Both the position numbers and the translations under genes were made by a program. 64,000 nucleotides of DNA from Granulicella sp. (GTDB lineage: Bacteria; Acidobacteriota; Terriglobia; Terriglobales; Acidobacteriaceae). The stretch is from NCBI GenBank assembly GCA_027339965.1, contig DAHWNL010000036.1, forward strand, positions 1-64,000. The letters are read 5' to 3'. Shown here piece by piece: positions 18,465 to 28,795 of the stretch (its first letter is position 1; every line of letters begins with the position of its first letter). The notes beneath the pieces were generated by a model that saw only the letters and a program-made list of their open reading frames with translations, did no database searches and was not told where the DNA came from.

Positions 18465-19934
18465 ATGATCAATCGTCGCGAGTTTCTCTCTGGAGCTGCA
18501 AGCGTAGCAGCTTGCTCCAGCCTGAGATCTTTGGCCGAGAGCGGAGCCAAGAAGCCCAATATCCTCTTTTTCCTGGTGGATGACTGTGGATGGGGTGACT
18601 TTGGCTGTTACGGCGATACCTTCCATGAGACGCCGAATCTCGATCAGTTAGCGCGGGAGAGCATGCGGTTTACAAACGCCTATGCCGCTGCGCCGGTATG
18701 TTCGCCAAGCCGTGCGGGCATTATGACGGGACAGTGCCCAGCACGACTGCATTTGACGCAGTGGATTCCCGGCACCCATTATCCCAATCAACAGTTGTTA
18801 GAACCACCGACGCCAATGCACCTAGGCTTGGATATTCCTACCCTTGCAGAGCAGCTCAAGGCTCTTGGTTACCAGACAGGGGCGATCGGCAAGTGGCATC
18901 TTGGGGGAGATGGATATCTCCCGGAGAACTTTGGGTTTGACTTCAACGTTGCAGGCGACAACCATGGTAATCCCGGTCCGCCAAATCATTATTTTGGTCC
19001 GTTCTTCTATCACAACCTGAACGGTTATACCAAAAACGACTATCTCACGCAGGTGCTGACAACAAAAGCTGAACAGTTTATTCGGCAAGCTGTGGAGAAA
19101 GGGCCTTTCTTTTTATATATGGCGGAATACGCGGTCCATCTTCCGCTCCAGGCCAAACAGCGGCTGATCGCCAAGTACCAGAAGAAAAACGGTGGAAAGA
19201 GCGAGCCTGATCCTGTCTATGCGGCAATGGTCGAGTATGTGGACATTGCATTCGGACAACTCCGCGATCTGCTGCGCCAATTAAATGTCCTGGACAACAC
19301 CATCATCATCGTCACGTCAGATAATGGCGGCGTGGAGTTCCAGGGGAGAAACCTGCACCGCATCGCCGATAACAGTAATCTGAGAGCCGGAAAGGGATTC
19401 CTCTATGAGGGAGGAATTCGAGAGCCTTTGATCGTGCATTGGCCCGGGATGACTAAGCCGGGCAGTCTCTGCGACGTGCCGGTCACGGGTCTCGATTTTC
19501 TGCCGACCATCATGAGCATGATTGGAGAGAAGGACACCATTCCGACTCAGGACGGGATGGATATCTCACCGTTGTTTCGCGGTGCAAAATCGATCAATCG
19601 GGATACCCTCTACTGGCACTATCCGCATTACAGTGATCAGGGTGGAACTCCGAGCGGAGCAATCCGTGAAGGCGACTGGAAGTTGATCGAGTTTTTTGAG
19701 GATAACCACGTCGAGTTGTATGATTTGGCGCTCGATCCGGGAGAGCAGTACAACCTTGCGTTCAGTTTTGCCGACAGAGCGGAAGATCTCCGGCTTAAGC
19801 TTCATGCATGGCGCAGAAGCGTGAACGCGCTGATGCCCATGCGAAATCCTGAATACAACCAGCAATGGGCTAACCTTCGAGAGGGGCCGGCGGGTTGCAG
19901 TTGGGATCCTTCCAAGGGCTGTCTGGAGGATTGA
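18465..19934 (+). CDS. Tat-exported sulfatase (arylsulfatase A family)
   Basis: NRREFL Tat motif, PNILFFLVDD, CSPSR formylglycine motif, GKWHLG, SDNG, ELYDLALDPGE; AAGGAG RBS. Confidence 0.93.
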   Translation: MINRREFLSGAASVAACSSLRSLAESGAKKPNILFFLVDDCGWGDFGCYGDTFHETPNLDQLARESMRFTNAYAAAPVCSPSRAGIMTGQCPARLHLTQWIPGTHYPNQQLLEPPTPMHLGLDIPTLAEQLKALGYQTGAIGKWHLGGDGYLPENFGFDFNVAGDNHGNPGPPNHYFGPFFYHNLNGYTKNDYLTQVLTTKAEQFIRQAVEKGPFFLYMAEYAVHLPLQAKQRLIAKYQKKNGGKSEPDPVYAAMVEYVDIAFGQLRDLLRQLNVLDNTIIIVTSDNGGVEFQGRNLHRIADNSNLRAGKGFLYEGGIREPLIVHWPGMTKPGSLCDVPVTGLDFLPTIMSMIGEKDTIPTQDGMDISPLFRGAKSINRDTLYWHYPHYSDQGGTPSGAIREGDWKLIEFFEDNHVELYDLALDPGEQYNLAFSFADRAEDLRLKLHAWRRSVNALMPMRNPEYNQQWANLREGPAGCSWDPSKGCLED

Positions 19935-20336
19935 CTTCCCTGATCGGGCCGTCAGAGCACGCTGCACAAAGGATGCGGTTTGGCATCCATCGGATGAGCT
20001 GGAGCCAAGGCTTCTCTCCGACGGCGCTGAAGGGGCATTGTCGAAAGACTGCACGCTCACGCAACAGACCATGGGCCGGGTTCTTCGCCGGATCTGTACG
20101 AAACAGCGTTCCATGATCCTGATGGTGCGGCAGGTTGCGCCATGGATAACTGGGGAAGGCGAAGAGAACTGGCAGCGCAAGCAGGAGATCTTCTGCGACA
20201 CCAAGCATTGGGTCCCAAACAGAGCCGCCAGCGGGCGTTCATCGCGCCGCTGAATTTCGCGTAACCCGTCCTGCGCGGTCAGCGGCTCCAGCGCCTGATC
20301 CAAACAGAGCTGCAAGCTGGGAAGCCCACAGCTATC

Positions 20337-20950
20337 GTGAGCGCTGAACGAACCGCATCTTGTGCGGGATGTCGAGGTGCGTAAGGCTCGACCCATGCGG
20401 CGGCGAGATAGGGCGGAGTGGGCGGTTTGGTGGGAGCTGGTTCGAGACCAGGAGATGAGCGCTGCGAGCATGGCGGCGTTTTGCCGGGCACGCGATCTGC
20501 GCATTGGGCAGTTTTACGCCTGGCGGCGGAGGTTGCGGGATGGAGGGGCAGACGGCTTTGTTGAGGTTGCGGTCGTGGGGCAGTGCCGGGCAATGAACCC
20601 AATCGCCAGTCGCCGGCTCCTCAAGCGGGTCCGGCCGAGGGCAGTTCGTTGGGCTCGAACACGTCTGCCAAGCGAGCGCGAGATGAAGCGCGTGGTTCTA
20701 AACCGGAAGAACAGCCTCTTCGACGGCAACCCGCGCGGACGTACGGCAGCCATCTTATCCAGCCTGACCTCGACCTGCCGCCGCCAAGCGGTGGACCCGC
20801 CGCTTTACTTCACTCAACTGCTCACCAACCTGCCCGTCACGTCCAACGACGACCTCGCCCTGTGGCTCCCCGACCAGTGGAAGCTGCGCCACGGCACGAC
20901 CATGGCCGGAGCTCGCCCCACACTGATCCTGGGGTTCGTTGAGCGCTCAC
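20337..20950 (+). mobile_element. internally deleted (non-autonomous) IS66 element
   Basis: 21-bp TIRs GTGAGCGCTGAACGAACCGCA / revcomp GTGAGCGCTCAACGAACCCCA; 8-bp flanks CAGCTATC (20329-20336) and CAGCCATC (20951-20958); TnpA N-terminus (AAFCR..FYAWRRRL) joined to TnpC C-terminus (SEREMKRVVLNRKNSLF...WLPDQWK). Confidence 0.88.
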
Positions 20951-21057
20951 CAGCCATCTGAATGGAAACAAGGAATCAAAGGAAATCATTCGCTCGAGAA
21001 TTCCAAGCGGGAGTATCCTGAGGGGCGAAGCAGTGGCGTCACGGAGGGTGCAAGAAG

Positions 21058-22596
21058 ATGGTCGGAAGAGAGCTCACTTCGAGGCGTGGATTTGTCAAAA
21101 GCGGCGCGGCAGCGCTGGTGGGGTCTTCACTCGGGAAGCTGCCGGAAGCTCCGGCAATCAGGAAGAGCAAAAGCCGTCCCAATATTCTATGGATTATGTC
21201 GGATGAGCATAATGCTCATGTCTGCGGGAGCTACGGAAACAGCATCGCGCGGACGCCCAACATCGACTCTCTGGCTGCGAGTGGAGTTGCATTTGACACC
21301 CACTATTGCAACTCTCCGCTTTGCGTTCCGTCCCGCTTATCCCTGACCGCAGGGAAATATGTCTCCAGGGTGGATGTTTGGGGACTGACATCCTGGCTTC
21401 CAAGCCCTGACATTCCATCCTTGCCGCGAGTGCTGAATGCCGCGGGGTATGACTCCTATCTATGTGGAAAGCAGCATTATGACTACACTCGTCGATATGG
21501 TTTCAAGCAGGTTGGAGGGAATTTCAACAATAATTACAAGACGGGGAGGGGGTTCAGGCTTAGCCCGAGTCGTTTGACGGAAAAGGAGCTATCTCCAAGA
21601 TTCAGCCAGTTTTATCCAGGCGAACGGAGCATTATTCTCGACCACGATCGCGCAGTCACCGTGGGAGCCATTGAGTTTTTATACAAGCAACGCCCCAAAG
21701 ACCAGCCGTTCTTTCTGTTCGCAGGATATCTCGCGCCTCACTTTCCGATCATTGCTCCGCAATCGCTCTGGGAGCGCTACAAAGGCAAGATCGCCATGCC
21801 GGTGATACCGCCGGGATTCCTCGAGAGCCTCTCGTTGAACTATAAGGTGCAGCGCGCCGGTTTTGAAGAATTGGAGGTGCCTGAAGATACGGTCCGGCGG
21901 GGCCGAGAGTTGTACTACGCGTTAACAGAGTGGGTCGATAACCAAATCGGCCTGGTATTGTCGGCGTTGTGCTCTATGCTTGCAGTGGCGGAAAACACTG
22001 TCATCATCTACTCCTCCGACCACGGGGAGAATATGGGAGAGCACGGCATGTGGTGGAAAAATTGCATGTTTGATCCCGCGACGCGAGTTCCGCTCATCGT
22101 CTCATGGCCTCAAAGATGGTCCGCGGCGCAGAGGCGTTCAGGCGCATCGTCTCATCTGGATCTGGTTCAGACTGTGGTTGACTTGGCTGGGGGGAATGCC
22201 CCGGACGATTGGAACGGTCATTCCATGTTGCCATGGCTGGACAATTCACAGGTTCGCTGGAAGGACTTCGCTGTCAGTGAATACTACGGCCTGAATACGG
22301 CTTCGGGATATGTTATGGCCAGAGAGGGGGACTGGAAATATACCTATCACACGATCATCGACGCAGATCACCCAGCCCAGCGCGAACTCTACAATATCGC
22401 ATCGGACACGCAAGAATTTAAGAATCTGGCGAACCTTCCGGAGCATAAGTCAAGAGTGGAGCGGATGCACCAGCGGATGGTGCAGGAGGTAGCGGGTGAC
22501 CCCGATGAAACCGAGCAGCGGGCACGCTATCAACTGGCAAAGGGATATTCGAGAACGGACTCCAGACCTCCTGCAGCCGCCGGCTGGAGCGGCTGA
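21058..22596 (+). CDS. Tat-exported sulfatase (choline-sulfatase-like)
   Basis: SRRGFV Tat motif, PNILWIMSDEH, CVPSR, GKQH, SDHGENMGEHG. Confidence 0.92.
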   Translation: MVGRELTSRRGFVKSGAAALVGSSLGKLPEAPAIRKSKSRPNILWIMSDEHNAHVCGSYGNSIARTPNIDSLAASGVAFDTHYCNSPLCVPSRLSLTAGKYVSRVDVWGLTSWLPSPDIPSLPRVLNAAGYDSYLCGKQHYDYTRRYGFKQVGGNFNNNYKTGRGFRLSPSRLTEKELSPRFSQFYPGERSIILDHDRAVTVGAIEFLYKQRPKDQPFFLFAGYLAPHFPIIAPQSLWERYKGKIAMPVIPPGFLESLSLNYKVQRAGFEELEVPEDTVRRGRELYYALTEWVDNQIGLVLSALCSMLAVAENTVIIYSSDHGENMGEHGMWWKNCMFDPATRVPLIVSWPQRWSAAQRRSGASSHLDLVQTVVDLAGGNAPDDWNGHSMLPWLDNSQVRWKDFAVSEYYGLNTASGYVMAREGDWKYTYHTIIDADHPAQRELYNIASDTQEFKNLANLPEHKSRVERMHQRMVQEVAGDPDETEQRARYQLAKGYSRTDSRPPAAAGWSG

Positions 22597-22686
22597 GCGA
22601 GCCCGTCGGAGGTCGAGGGCGCCGTCTTGCGAAACGTTGCCGTGAACTGCTGGAACGGTTCGCATGAGGTTTCTTCTTCACGAGCG

Positions 22687-23874
22687 TCAGTGCTCTGCAG
22701 CTCGCATGAGGAGCGCGAAGAAGCGCACCAGGCGCGACTGGTCCCGAAACCTTGGCTGCCGATCATTCATGTCAATGTGCGAAATGACCGGGGAGATCAG
22801 CGCCATCTTGAGCTCAGCGCGCGGAATCTCGCGGACCAGCCACTGCGTCTCCGCCGCTGGAATGATGTTGTCCGCCTGGCCGCTGAGTAGATAGACCGGA
22901 GTAGCGAGGGACCGCATGTGTCCCGCAGGACTGACGGCGGCCATCGCCGCCAGATGCAGCGCGTTACTGGCGGCAATCATTCGCCGCGTTGCCGGCGAGG
23001 ATGTGTCCATCAACTGCCTGGCTTCGGCGGCCTGCCGAGGGGTAAGTCTGGCCATGGCCGCGCGCTCGGCCGGACGATCTTCGTACAGATGCTCGCGCAG
23101 CACCAGCCGCACTGCCGCCAGGTCAGATGCGGGAACAAAGTCCTGGAGGTTCTCATACTCCAGGACCAGGGCCCCATATTCATGCGGAGGCAGGATCTCC
23201 ACCGTGCCATCGGGACGTGGTTCTCTGCCGGTCAGGTAGTAGCTGGCCACACGCGACATCTCGTCTTCAGAGCCGATTGCGGCGACAAACCGGATGGCAG
23301 GCCGATACTTCGGTTGGGCGGCGGCTAGCAGGGCGAGGCTGCCTGAAAAGCTGAGGCCGATGATGCCCGCGGGCCGGCCTCCAGCGGCGTGATCCAGCCA
23401 GACCGCAGAGTCTCCAATGCTGGCGATGGAGTTGGCGCCGACGTGGTAGTCCTTGATATCCGGCAGCTCCGGGGTGAGTACCTGTAGCCCGCAGGAGGCC
23501 ATGGCCGCGGCGAAGGCGATGATGCGTGGTTCGTCAATCCCCTTGAAGTGGACGCCATGCACGATGACCACTCCGGGGGCGTGGGGACGATTCACGGGCG
23601 TATAGAGCCGGGCCCGTATCACCCCGCTGGGCAGCGGAAGCATCAGATCGGTGCGCTGCACCGGATAGGAGACGATCCACGCCAGCGCGCTGGGAACCGG
23701 CTTGCCGGCCACCCGGTCCAGCACGGCAAGCGCCTGCAGGCGGGCCAGCACATACGGCCATGTGACGGCCATATCGGTGACCAGCAGCGCCGTCAGACAA
23801 GCGAGCAGGATCAGCATGGAAGCACGCCGATGGGCAGCGATCAGATTGCGCAGATGGCTGGGAAGACGAGCCAT
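22687..23874 (-). CDS. membrane-anchored alpha/beta hydrolase
   Basis: N-terminal TM, VHG, GLSFSG nucleophile elbow, DNIIP, ISH; start uncertain. Confidence 0.75.
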   Translation of the reverse strand: MARLPSHLRNLIAAHRRASMLILLACLTALLVTDMAVTWPYVLARLQALAVLDRVAGKPVPSALAWIVSYPVQRTDLMLPLPSGVIRARLYTPVNRPHAPGVVIVHGVHFKGIDEPRIIAFAAAMASCGLQVLTPELPDIKDYHVGANSIASIGDSAVWLDHAAGGRPAGIIGLSFSGSLALLAAAQPKYRPAIRFVAAIGSEDEMSRVASYYLTGREPRPDGTVEILPPHEYGALVLEYENLQDFVPASDLAAVRLVLREHLYEDRPAERAAMARLTPRQAAEARQLMDTSSPATRRMIAASNALHLAAMAAVSPAGHMRSLATPVYLLSGQADNIIPAAETQWLVREIPRAELKMALISPVISHIDMNDRQPRFRDQSRLVRFFALLMRAAEH

Positions 23875-23985
23875 GGATCGTGGTGACGAGCGCTCTTGCG
23901 GGTGAGGCATAGCGAGCCAAGAAGACGGGAAGCAATTACTGGGCGGATGCAACCACGGCTGCTGCTGCGCGACCCGCCGGTTCGA

Positions 23986-24468
23986 TCACTTCGCGGAAAC
24001 CAGGCCGTCCGCCGGCGAACCCGATCTTCGCCTCCGCAGGCCGTCGGCGGCCAGCTTGGCAATGGTTAGCAAAAGGATGGCTGTAATGATGCCCATGGAG
24101 CACAGGCAATAGATGCACCATTTTTCGATGACATAGGCCTCCAGATAGGAAAGAAATGCGGCAAAGAAGAATCCAATCTCGGCGGCCTGCAAGGTCAGCC
24201 AGTACCTTTGGCTCAACGCCAGCAGCGCAATCAGCGTATAACCGGCAATCCCAATCGCCGCCACGGGTATATGAATGCTCGCGTTAGGGGCCTCCTCGAA
24301 GCTGAGGGGTGGAAGGACGGCATAGCGGCCGTGGTTCACCTCGCCGCAGTCAAACTTTGCCGTGACGGAACAGGGCGGAGCCTGCGCGGGATCCTGAAAG
24401 TGGATTCTGAGAGCAAGGTAGGAGTCAAAGATGCCGGCCAAGGCAAGCACTGCGATCAGGTAGCGCAT
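23986..24468 (-). CDS. vitamin K epoxide reductase (VKOR) family protein
   Basis: C-x7-C loop pair, TM helices, WCIYC redox motif. Confidence 0.88.
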   Translation of the reverse strand: MRYLIAVLALAGIFDSYLALRIHFQDPAQAPPCSVTAKFDCGEVNHGRYAVLPPLSFEEAPNASIHIPVAAIGIAGYTLIALLALSQRYWLTLQAAEIGFFFAAFLSYLEAYVIEKWCIYCLCSMGIITAILLLTIAKLAADGLRRRRSGSPADGLVSAK

Positions 24469-24736
24469 CGTGACCCCATTGTATGAGAATCCGGCGGATG
24501 AGCGCCAAAGCGATTCGGATCCGCTCCGGCGGCAGGTTCTGATCATCCTAGGTAGGGCCGTTTCCTGACGCAGGCTGGTGAAGGTGATCGCCAGACAGGG
24601 GCTGTCAGGGATCGCTGCGAGTCCGGGGGGTGGCAGCCGCGCCCAGACCCGGTTCACGTACATTGGAGAGTGGGCCCGGCCTTCGGGGCCGTGGCTTTTG
24701 TCTTCCTCAGTTTTGTGTCTTCAGGAGAACTTCATC

Positions 24737-26842
24737 ATGCAGGTCGCTGACCAACAGCCCAGGATCACAGCCCCCACCATCGCAGATTCCCTCCACATCT
24801 GGGTCGGTTTGACAGGCGCGGCAGAGGCTGAGGCCTGGGTGGAAGCTCACCTTGCCGCTGCGCGCTCGGAGATCGCCGGGCTGCTGGCCGTCACGGAGCC
24901 GCCCAGTGTGGAGAACACGTTGGTTCCCTATGATCGCGCTCGCTGGCATCTGGGTATTGCGGGCAGCCAGAGCGGGGTGATGTTCATGGTCCATCCGCTC
25001 GCGGAAGTCCGAGATGCGGCGCAGGGTCTCTCCCAAGTGATCGGCGCGGAGAGCGTCGCCCTGAGCTTGAATCGTGAGGTCTACCAGGCGCTGGCGGCGT
25101 TGCACGACGCGCTGGTGGAGGGTCCATCGACTGCCGACCCGGCCACGCTCTACTATCTGGATCGCACGCTGCTCAGCTACCGGCTCTCTGGCGTGGATAA
25201 GGACGAGGCGACGCGCCAGCGCATCCGTTCTCTGGCCGACCGTATGACCGCCCTCGGCATGTCCTTCAGCCGTACGGTGCAGGACGATGTTCGCAGGGTC
25301 ACGGTCGAGGATCCAAATGAGCTGCTGGGACTGCCTGAGGATTACCTGGCGCGCCATGGCGTTCACCGCGCTCAGGGGTCCGCCTCCAGTCCGTCCGATG
25401 AGTCGCGCGATTCACTGGCGCAGCATCTGGTGGCGGCTGGTCCGGTGACGCTCACCACGGATCCGCCGGAGATGACGCCGGTGATGAGCTACGCCATCAG
25501 CCCGCAGTTGCGCCGGCGCATGTATCAGGCCTATAACGATCGTGGTTACCCGGCCAATCAGCAAGTGCTGCTGGACCTGCTGGCGGCGCGCGAGGAGATG
25601 GCCACGCTGCTAGGCTTCCGTAGTTGGGCCGACCTGGCGACGGTGGACCAGATGATGGGCTCGGCGGCGCATCTGCGCAGCTTTCTCAACCAGGTGGAGT
25701 CGGCCGCGCGAGAGACCGCGCAGCGCGAGTTCGCAGAGCTCGAGGAGTTTGTTCGTGAGCGCGATCCAGGAGCTCTCCCGCTTACGCTGAGCGACGCTCG
25801 CTTCTGGGAGGAGCAGTTCCGCCGCTCGCACCTGGACTTCGACTCCCAGTCGGTTCGTCCTTATTTTCCCTATGCCCAGGTAGAGGCCGGAATTCTGGCT
25901 ACGGCAGGCAGGCTCTTTGCGATGAAGTTTGTGCCGGTGGAGGATGCTGTCGTCTGGGCGCCAGGAGTGAAGGCCTTCGATGTCGTCGACCAGGCGCCGG
26001 ACTCGGCCGTCTTTGGCCAGACGATTGGACGGATCTATCTGGACATGCACCCGCGTGAAGGCAAGAGCAAATGGTTTAGTGAGTGCTCGCTGGTGAGCGG
26101 CGTGCTTGGCCGGCAGCTTCCCGAGGCATCTCTGGTTTGCAACTTCCCCCAGCCAAGCGGGAGCGACCCTGGCCTGATGCTGTACTCCGACGTCGTGACG
26201 TGCTTCCACGAGTTTGGCCATCTGATGCACGAGGTTCTGGGCGGGCGGCAGCGTTGGGCAGGGCAGTCAGGCATCTCCACCGAGGGCGACTTTGTCGAGG
26301 TTCCCTCGCAGATGCTGGAGGAGTTCTTTGCGGATCCGGAGCTGGTGAATAGCTTTGCCAGACACTACCAGACCGGCGAGCCCATACCGCGTGAACTCTT
26401 TGCGCGTATGATTCGGGCCAGCGCCCATGGGCGTGCTCTGGCCACGCTGACCCAGGTGATGTATGCCACCTATTCGCTGGAGACGCATGACCAGCCGGCG
26501 GCCACACTGGATCTTGATCGCCTTCTCCGCACCGGCTACGACCGCTTCTCCCGTTACCAGTTTGTGGAAGGCAACCGCATGTACGCCGCCTTTACCCACC
26601 TGGTGGGCTATACCTCCAACTACTACACCTATCTCTATGACAAGGTGATCGCGCTGGAGTTCTTCTCCCAATTTGACATGAGCCGACTGAGCGAGAGTTC
26701 CGCGGCGCTGCGCTATCGCCGCGAGGTTCTGGAGCCGGGCGGCTCCAAACCGGCGCGTGAGCTGGTTCAGGCCTTTCTTGGCCGAGAGGCAAGCATGTCC
26801 GCGTTGAAGAGCTGGATCGCGCAAGAGTTTGACGCGAGTTGA
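24737..26842 (+). CDS. M3 family metallopeptidase (thimet oligopeptidase-like)
   Basis: YLDMHPREGK, FHEFGHLMH, DFVEVPSQMLE, YYTY, PGGSK. Confidence 0.93.
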   Translation: MQVADQQPRITAPTIADSLHIWVGLTGAAEAEAWVEAHLAAARSEIAGLLAVTEPPSVENTLVPYDRARWHLGIAGSQSGVMFMVHPLAEVRDAAQGLSQVIGAESVALSLNREVYQALAALHDALVEGPSTADPATLYYLDRTLLSYRLSGVDKDEATRQRIRSLADRMTALGMSFSRTVQDDVRRVTVEDPNELLGLPEDYLARHGVHRAQGSASSPSDESRDSLAQHLVAAGPVTLTTDPPEMTPVMSYAISPQLRRRMYQAYNDRGYPANQQVLLDLLAAREEMATLLGFRSWADLATVDQMMGSAAHLRSFLNQVESAARETAQREFAELEEFVRERDPGALPLTLSDARFWEEQFRRSHLDFDSQSVRPYFPYAQVEAGILATAGRLFAMKFVPVEDAVVWAPGVKAFDVVDQAPDSAVFGQTIGRIYLDMHPREGKSKWFSECSLVSGVLGRQLPEASLVCNFPQPSGSDPGLMLYSDVVTCFHEFGHLMHEVLGGRQRWAGQSGISTEGDFVEVPSQMLEEFFADPELVNSFARHYQTGEPIPRELFARMIRASAHGRALATLTQVMYATYSLETHDQPAATLDLDRLLRTGYDRFSRYQFVEGNRMYAAFTHLVGYTSNYYTYLYDKVIALEFFSQFDMSRLSESSAALRYRREVLEPGGSKPARELVQAFLGREASMSALKSWIAQEFDAS

Positions 26843-27001
26843 AGGGGCGAGGCGCAGCGTTCCGGCGCGCGCATGAGACCCAGAGGAGGAGCATCGAAAC
26901 TTTTTGCCGGATACCCTGCGTTCGCCTGATCTCGGCGGATCAAGAGATCACGGAAGCTCAGGCGAGCGCAGGGCACGGCCTTCTTCTGGGTTCGGTCTGG
27001 C

Positions 27002-28795
27002 TCACCTCGAGCTGGTCTTCGACTTGGCTTTTATTTCCGTCTTCGCCATTGGCTTGGGTCGCGCCACTTTGGCAGGCGCCGCCTTGCGGGCTGGAGCCTT
27101 GGGAGCTGGTTTGGACTCCGACTTTGCCTGTGGCGCAGGTTCTTCTCTGGCTGCGCTGGGTGCCGTGGCGCGGGGGGCCGTGGCCGCAGCCGATGGCGGC
27201 GCGGACGGCTCGGCGGCACGCTCCGCGCTCTGGCGCAGGGCGTGCAGCACGACGCGCAGCATTTCCTCCTCCGGCGCCGGCTTGCCAGTCCAGATTTCGA
27301 ACTGTCGCGCGCCTTGCAGCACGAACATCTCCAGGCCGGAGATGACGGCGATGCCCTTTTGGCGAGCCAGCTTCAGCAAGGGAGTGTCGATGGGGTTGTA
27401 CACCAGATCAAAGACGAAGCGGGCGTTGATCTCATTCTCCTCCAGCGGGCAAGCCGGTCCGCTCCTGGAGACGGAGCCCTGCCTGGCGGCAGCGGACATT
27501 CCCAGCGGGGTGGCATGGATGATCACGTCGAACTGAGTCTTCGGCAAGGCCTCGCGCTTTATGGTCTTGGCTCCCGCCTGCCGGGCCAACTTCTGGGCGG
27601 TCTCTGCCGTGCGGTTGAGGATGAAGACCTCCGCACCCTTGTCGCAACAGCCAAAGACGGCTGCTCGCGCCGCACCGCCCGCCCCCAGCACCAGCACCCT
27701 GGCTCCGCGTAGAGAGAGCCGTCTCTCCAGAGGAGTGACGATACCGGCTACATCGGTGTTGAAGCCATAGAACTTTCCATCCTGCGCGCGCAGGATGGTG
27801 TTGACGGCGCCGATCCTGGTGGAGATTGCATCGGTCCGTTCCAGCAGAGGGAGGACGTCCTGCTTCAGCGGCATGGTGATGCTCATCCCCTGAATCGGAA
27901 TTTCGCGCGCCAGATGGAAGAGGTCTTCGACCTTGGAAGTCTGAAGCCCCAGGTAAACGGCGTTGACGGTTTCCCGGCGGAAGGCGGTATTCATCATCAG
28001 CGGAGAAAGGGAACTCCCGATGGGATGGCCGGCGACTCCGTAGATCTTGGTGGCGGCATCTACCTGGTCGATCCGATAGGTCTCCAGGAGGGTCCGCGCC
28101 GCGATCTGCCCAGGGGCGGTCTCTTCTCCCTGGCTGGCCGCAGCAAAGGTAAAGGCGGATCCTGCCCTGAGTCCCAACACCCGGGAGATGATTCCGGGAT
28201 CGCCCATACAAAGGCCGACCACGCTGGAGTTGGTCTCATCCTCTGCCCGCTCCAGGAACTTCATCAGCGTCAGGTTGTCGGAGAGAGTCTTTGCCGTCGG
28301 CACGATCTTCATGAAATCCGGAGCGAAGGGACGCATCCGTTTGTACACCGCATCCAGATCCTTGGTCGCGTGGAAATCGTGGTAGCTGATAATCACCGCC
28401 GCGCCAGCCTCGTGGAGCTGGCTTACGGTGTTTTTGGGGAGTTTTTCGATAGTCTCCAGTTCCAGGTCCACCAGGTGGAACCCGGCCTCAGCGGCTTTCA
28501 GCAAAATCTCCAGCTCGGCGGCTCTCGAACCGTCGAACCGTCCACCGGACTCCTTTCTCCGGCAGGTGGCGACGGCCGTCGCCGCCCCCTGATTGGCGAG
28601 GAAGTGCTTGAGCGGTGGAATTGCGGCGGCAGGTTTGGCCAGATAATCGAGTCGAAATTCTAGAAAATTGGACTCTTTCAGTACTTCCGTGGCCTTCTCA
28701 ATCATCTCACTGGGAGATGTCCCGATAATGGCTACACATAGTTTCCCGATACGGGAACGAAGGAGGTGCGAGGCGATATGGTTTGAATTCTTCAT
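27002..28795 (-). CDS. aroE: bifunctional type I 3-dehydroquinate dehydratase / shikimate dehydrogenase
   Basis: EFRLD, SYHDF, APGQ (AroD); SLSP, TMPLK, AVNT, NTD, GAGGAA (AroE); extra K/A/P-rich tail. Confidence 0.93.
   Translation of the reverse strand: MKNSNHIASHLLRSRIGKLCVAIIGTSPSEMIEKATEVLKESNFLEFRLDYLAKPAAAIPPLKHFLANQGAATAVATCRRKESGGRFDGSRAAELEILLKAAEAGFHLVDLELETIEKLPKNTVSQLHEAGAAVIISYHDFHATKDLDAVYKRMRPFAPDFMKIVPTAKTLSDNLTLMKFLERAEDETNSSVVGLCMGDPGIISRVLGLRAGSAFTFAAASQGEETAPGQIAARTLLETYRIDQVDAATKIYGVAGHPIGSSLSPLMMNTAFRRETVNAVYLGLQTSKVEDLFHLAREIPIQGMSITMPLKQDVLPLLERTDAISTRIGAVNTILRAQDGKFYGFNTDVAGIVTPLERRLSLRGARVLVLGAGGAARAAVFGCCDKGAEVFILNRTAETAQKLARQAGAKTIKREALPKTQFDVIIHATPLGMSAAARQGSVSRSGPACPLEENEINARFVFDLVYNPIDTPLLKLARQKGIAVISGLEMFVLQGARQFEIWTGKPAPEEEMLRVVLHALRQSAERAAEPSAPPSAAATAPRATAPSAAREEPAPQAKSESKPAPKAPARKAAPAKVARPKPMAKTEIKAKSKTSSR

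Noticed and set aside
19940..20330. Possible gene fragment between the sulfatase and mini-IS66
   Set aside because: No family could be recognised with confidence.
22608..22625. GGAGGTCGAGG match to the MITE interior
   Set aside because: Only ~11 bp, no TIRs; likely chance.
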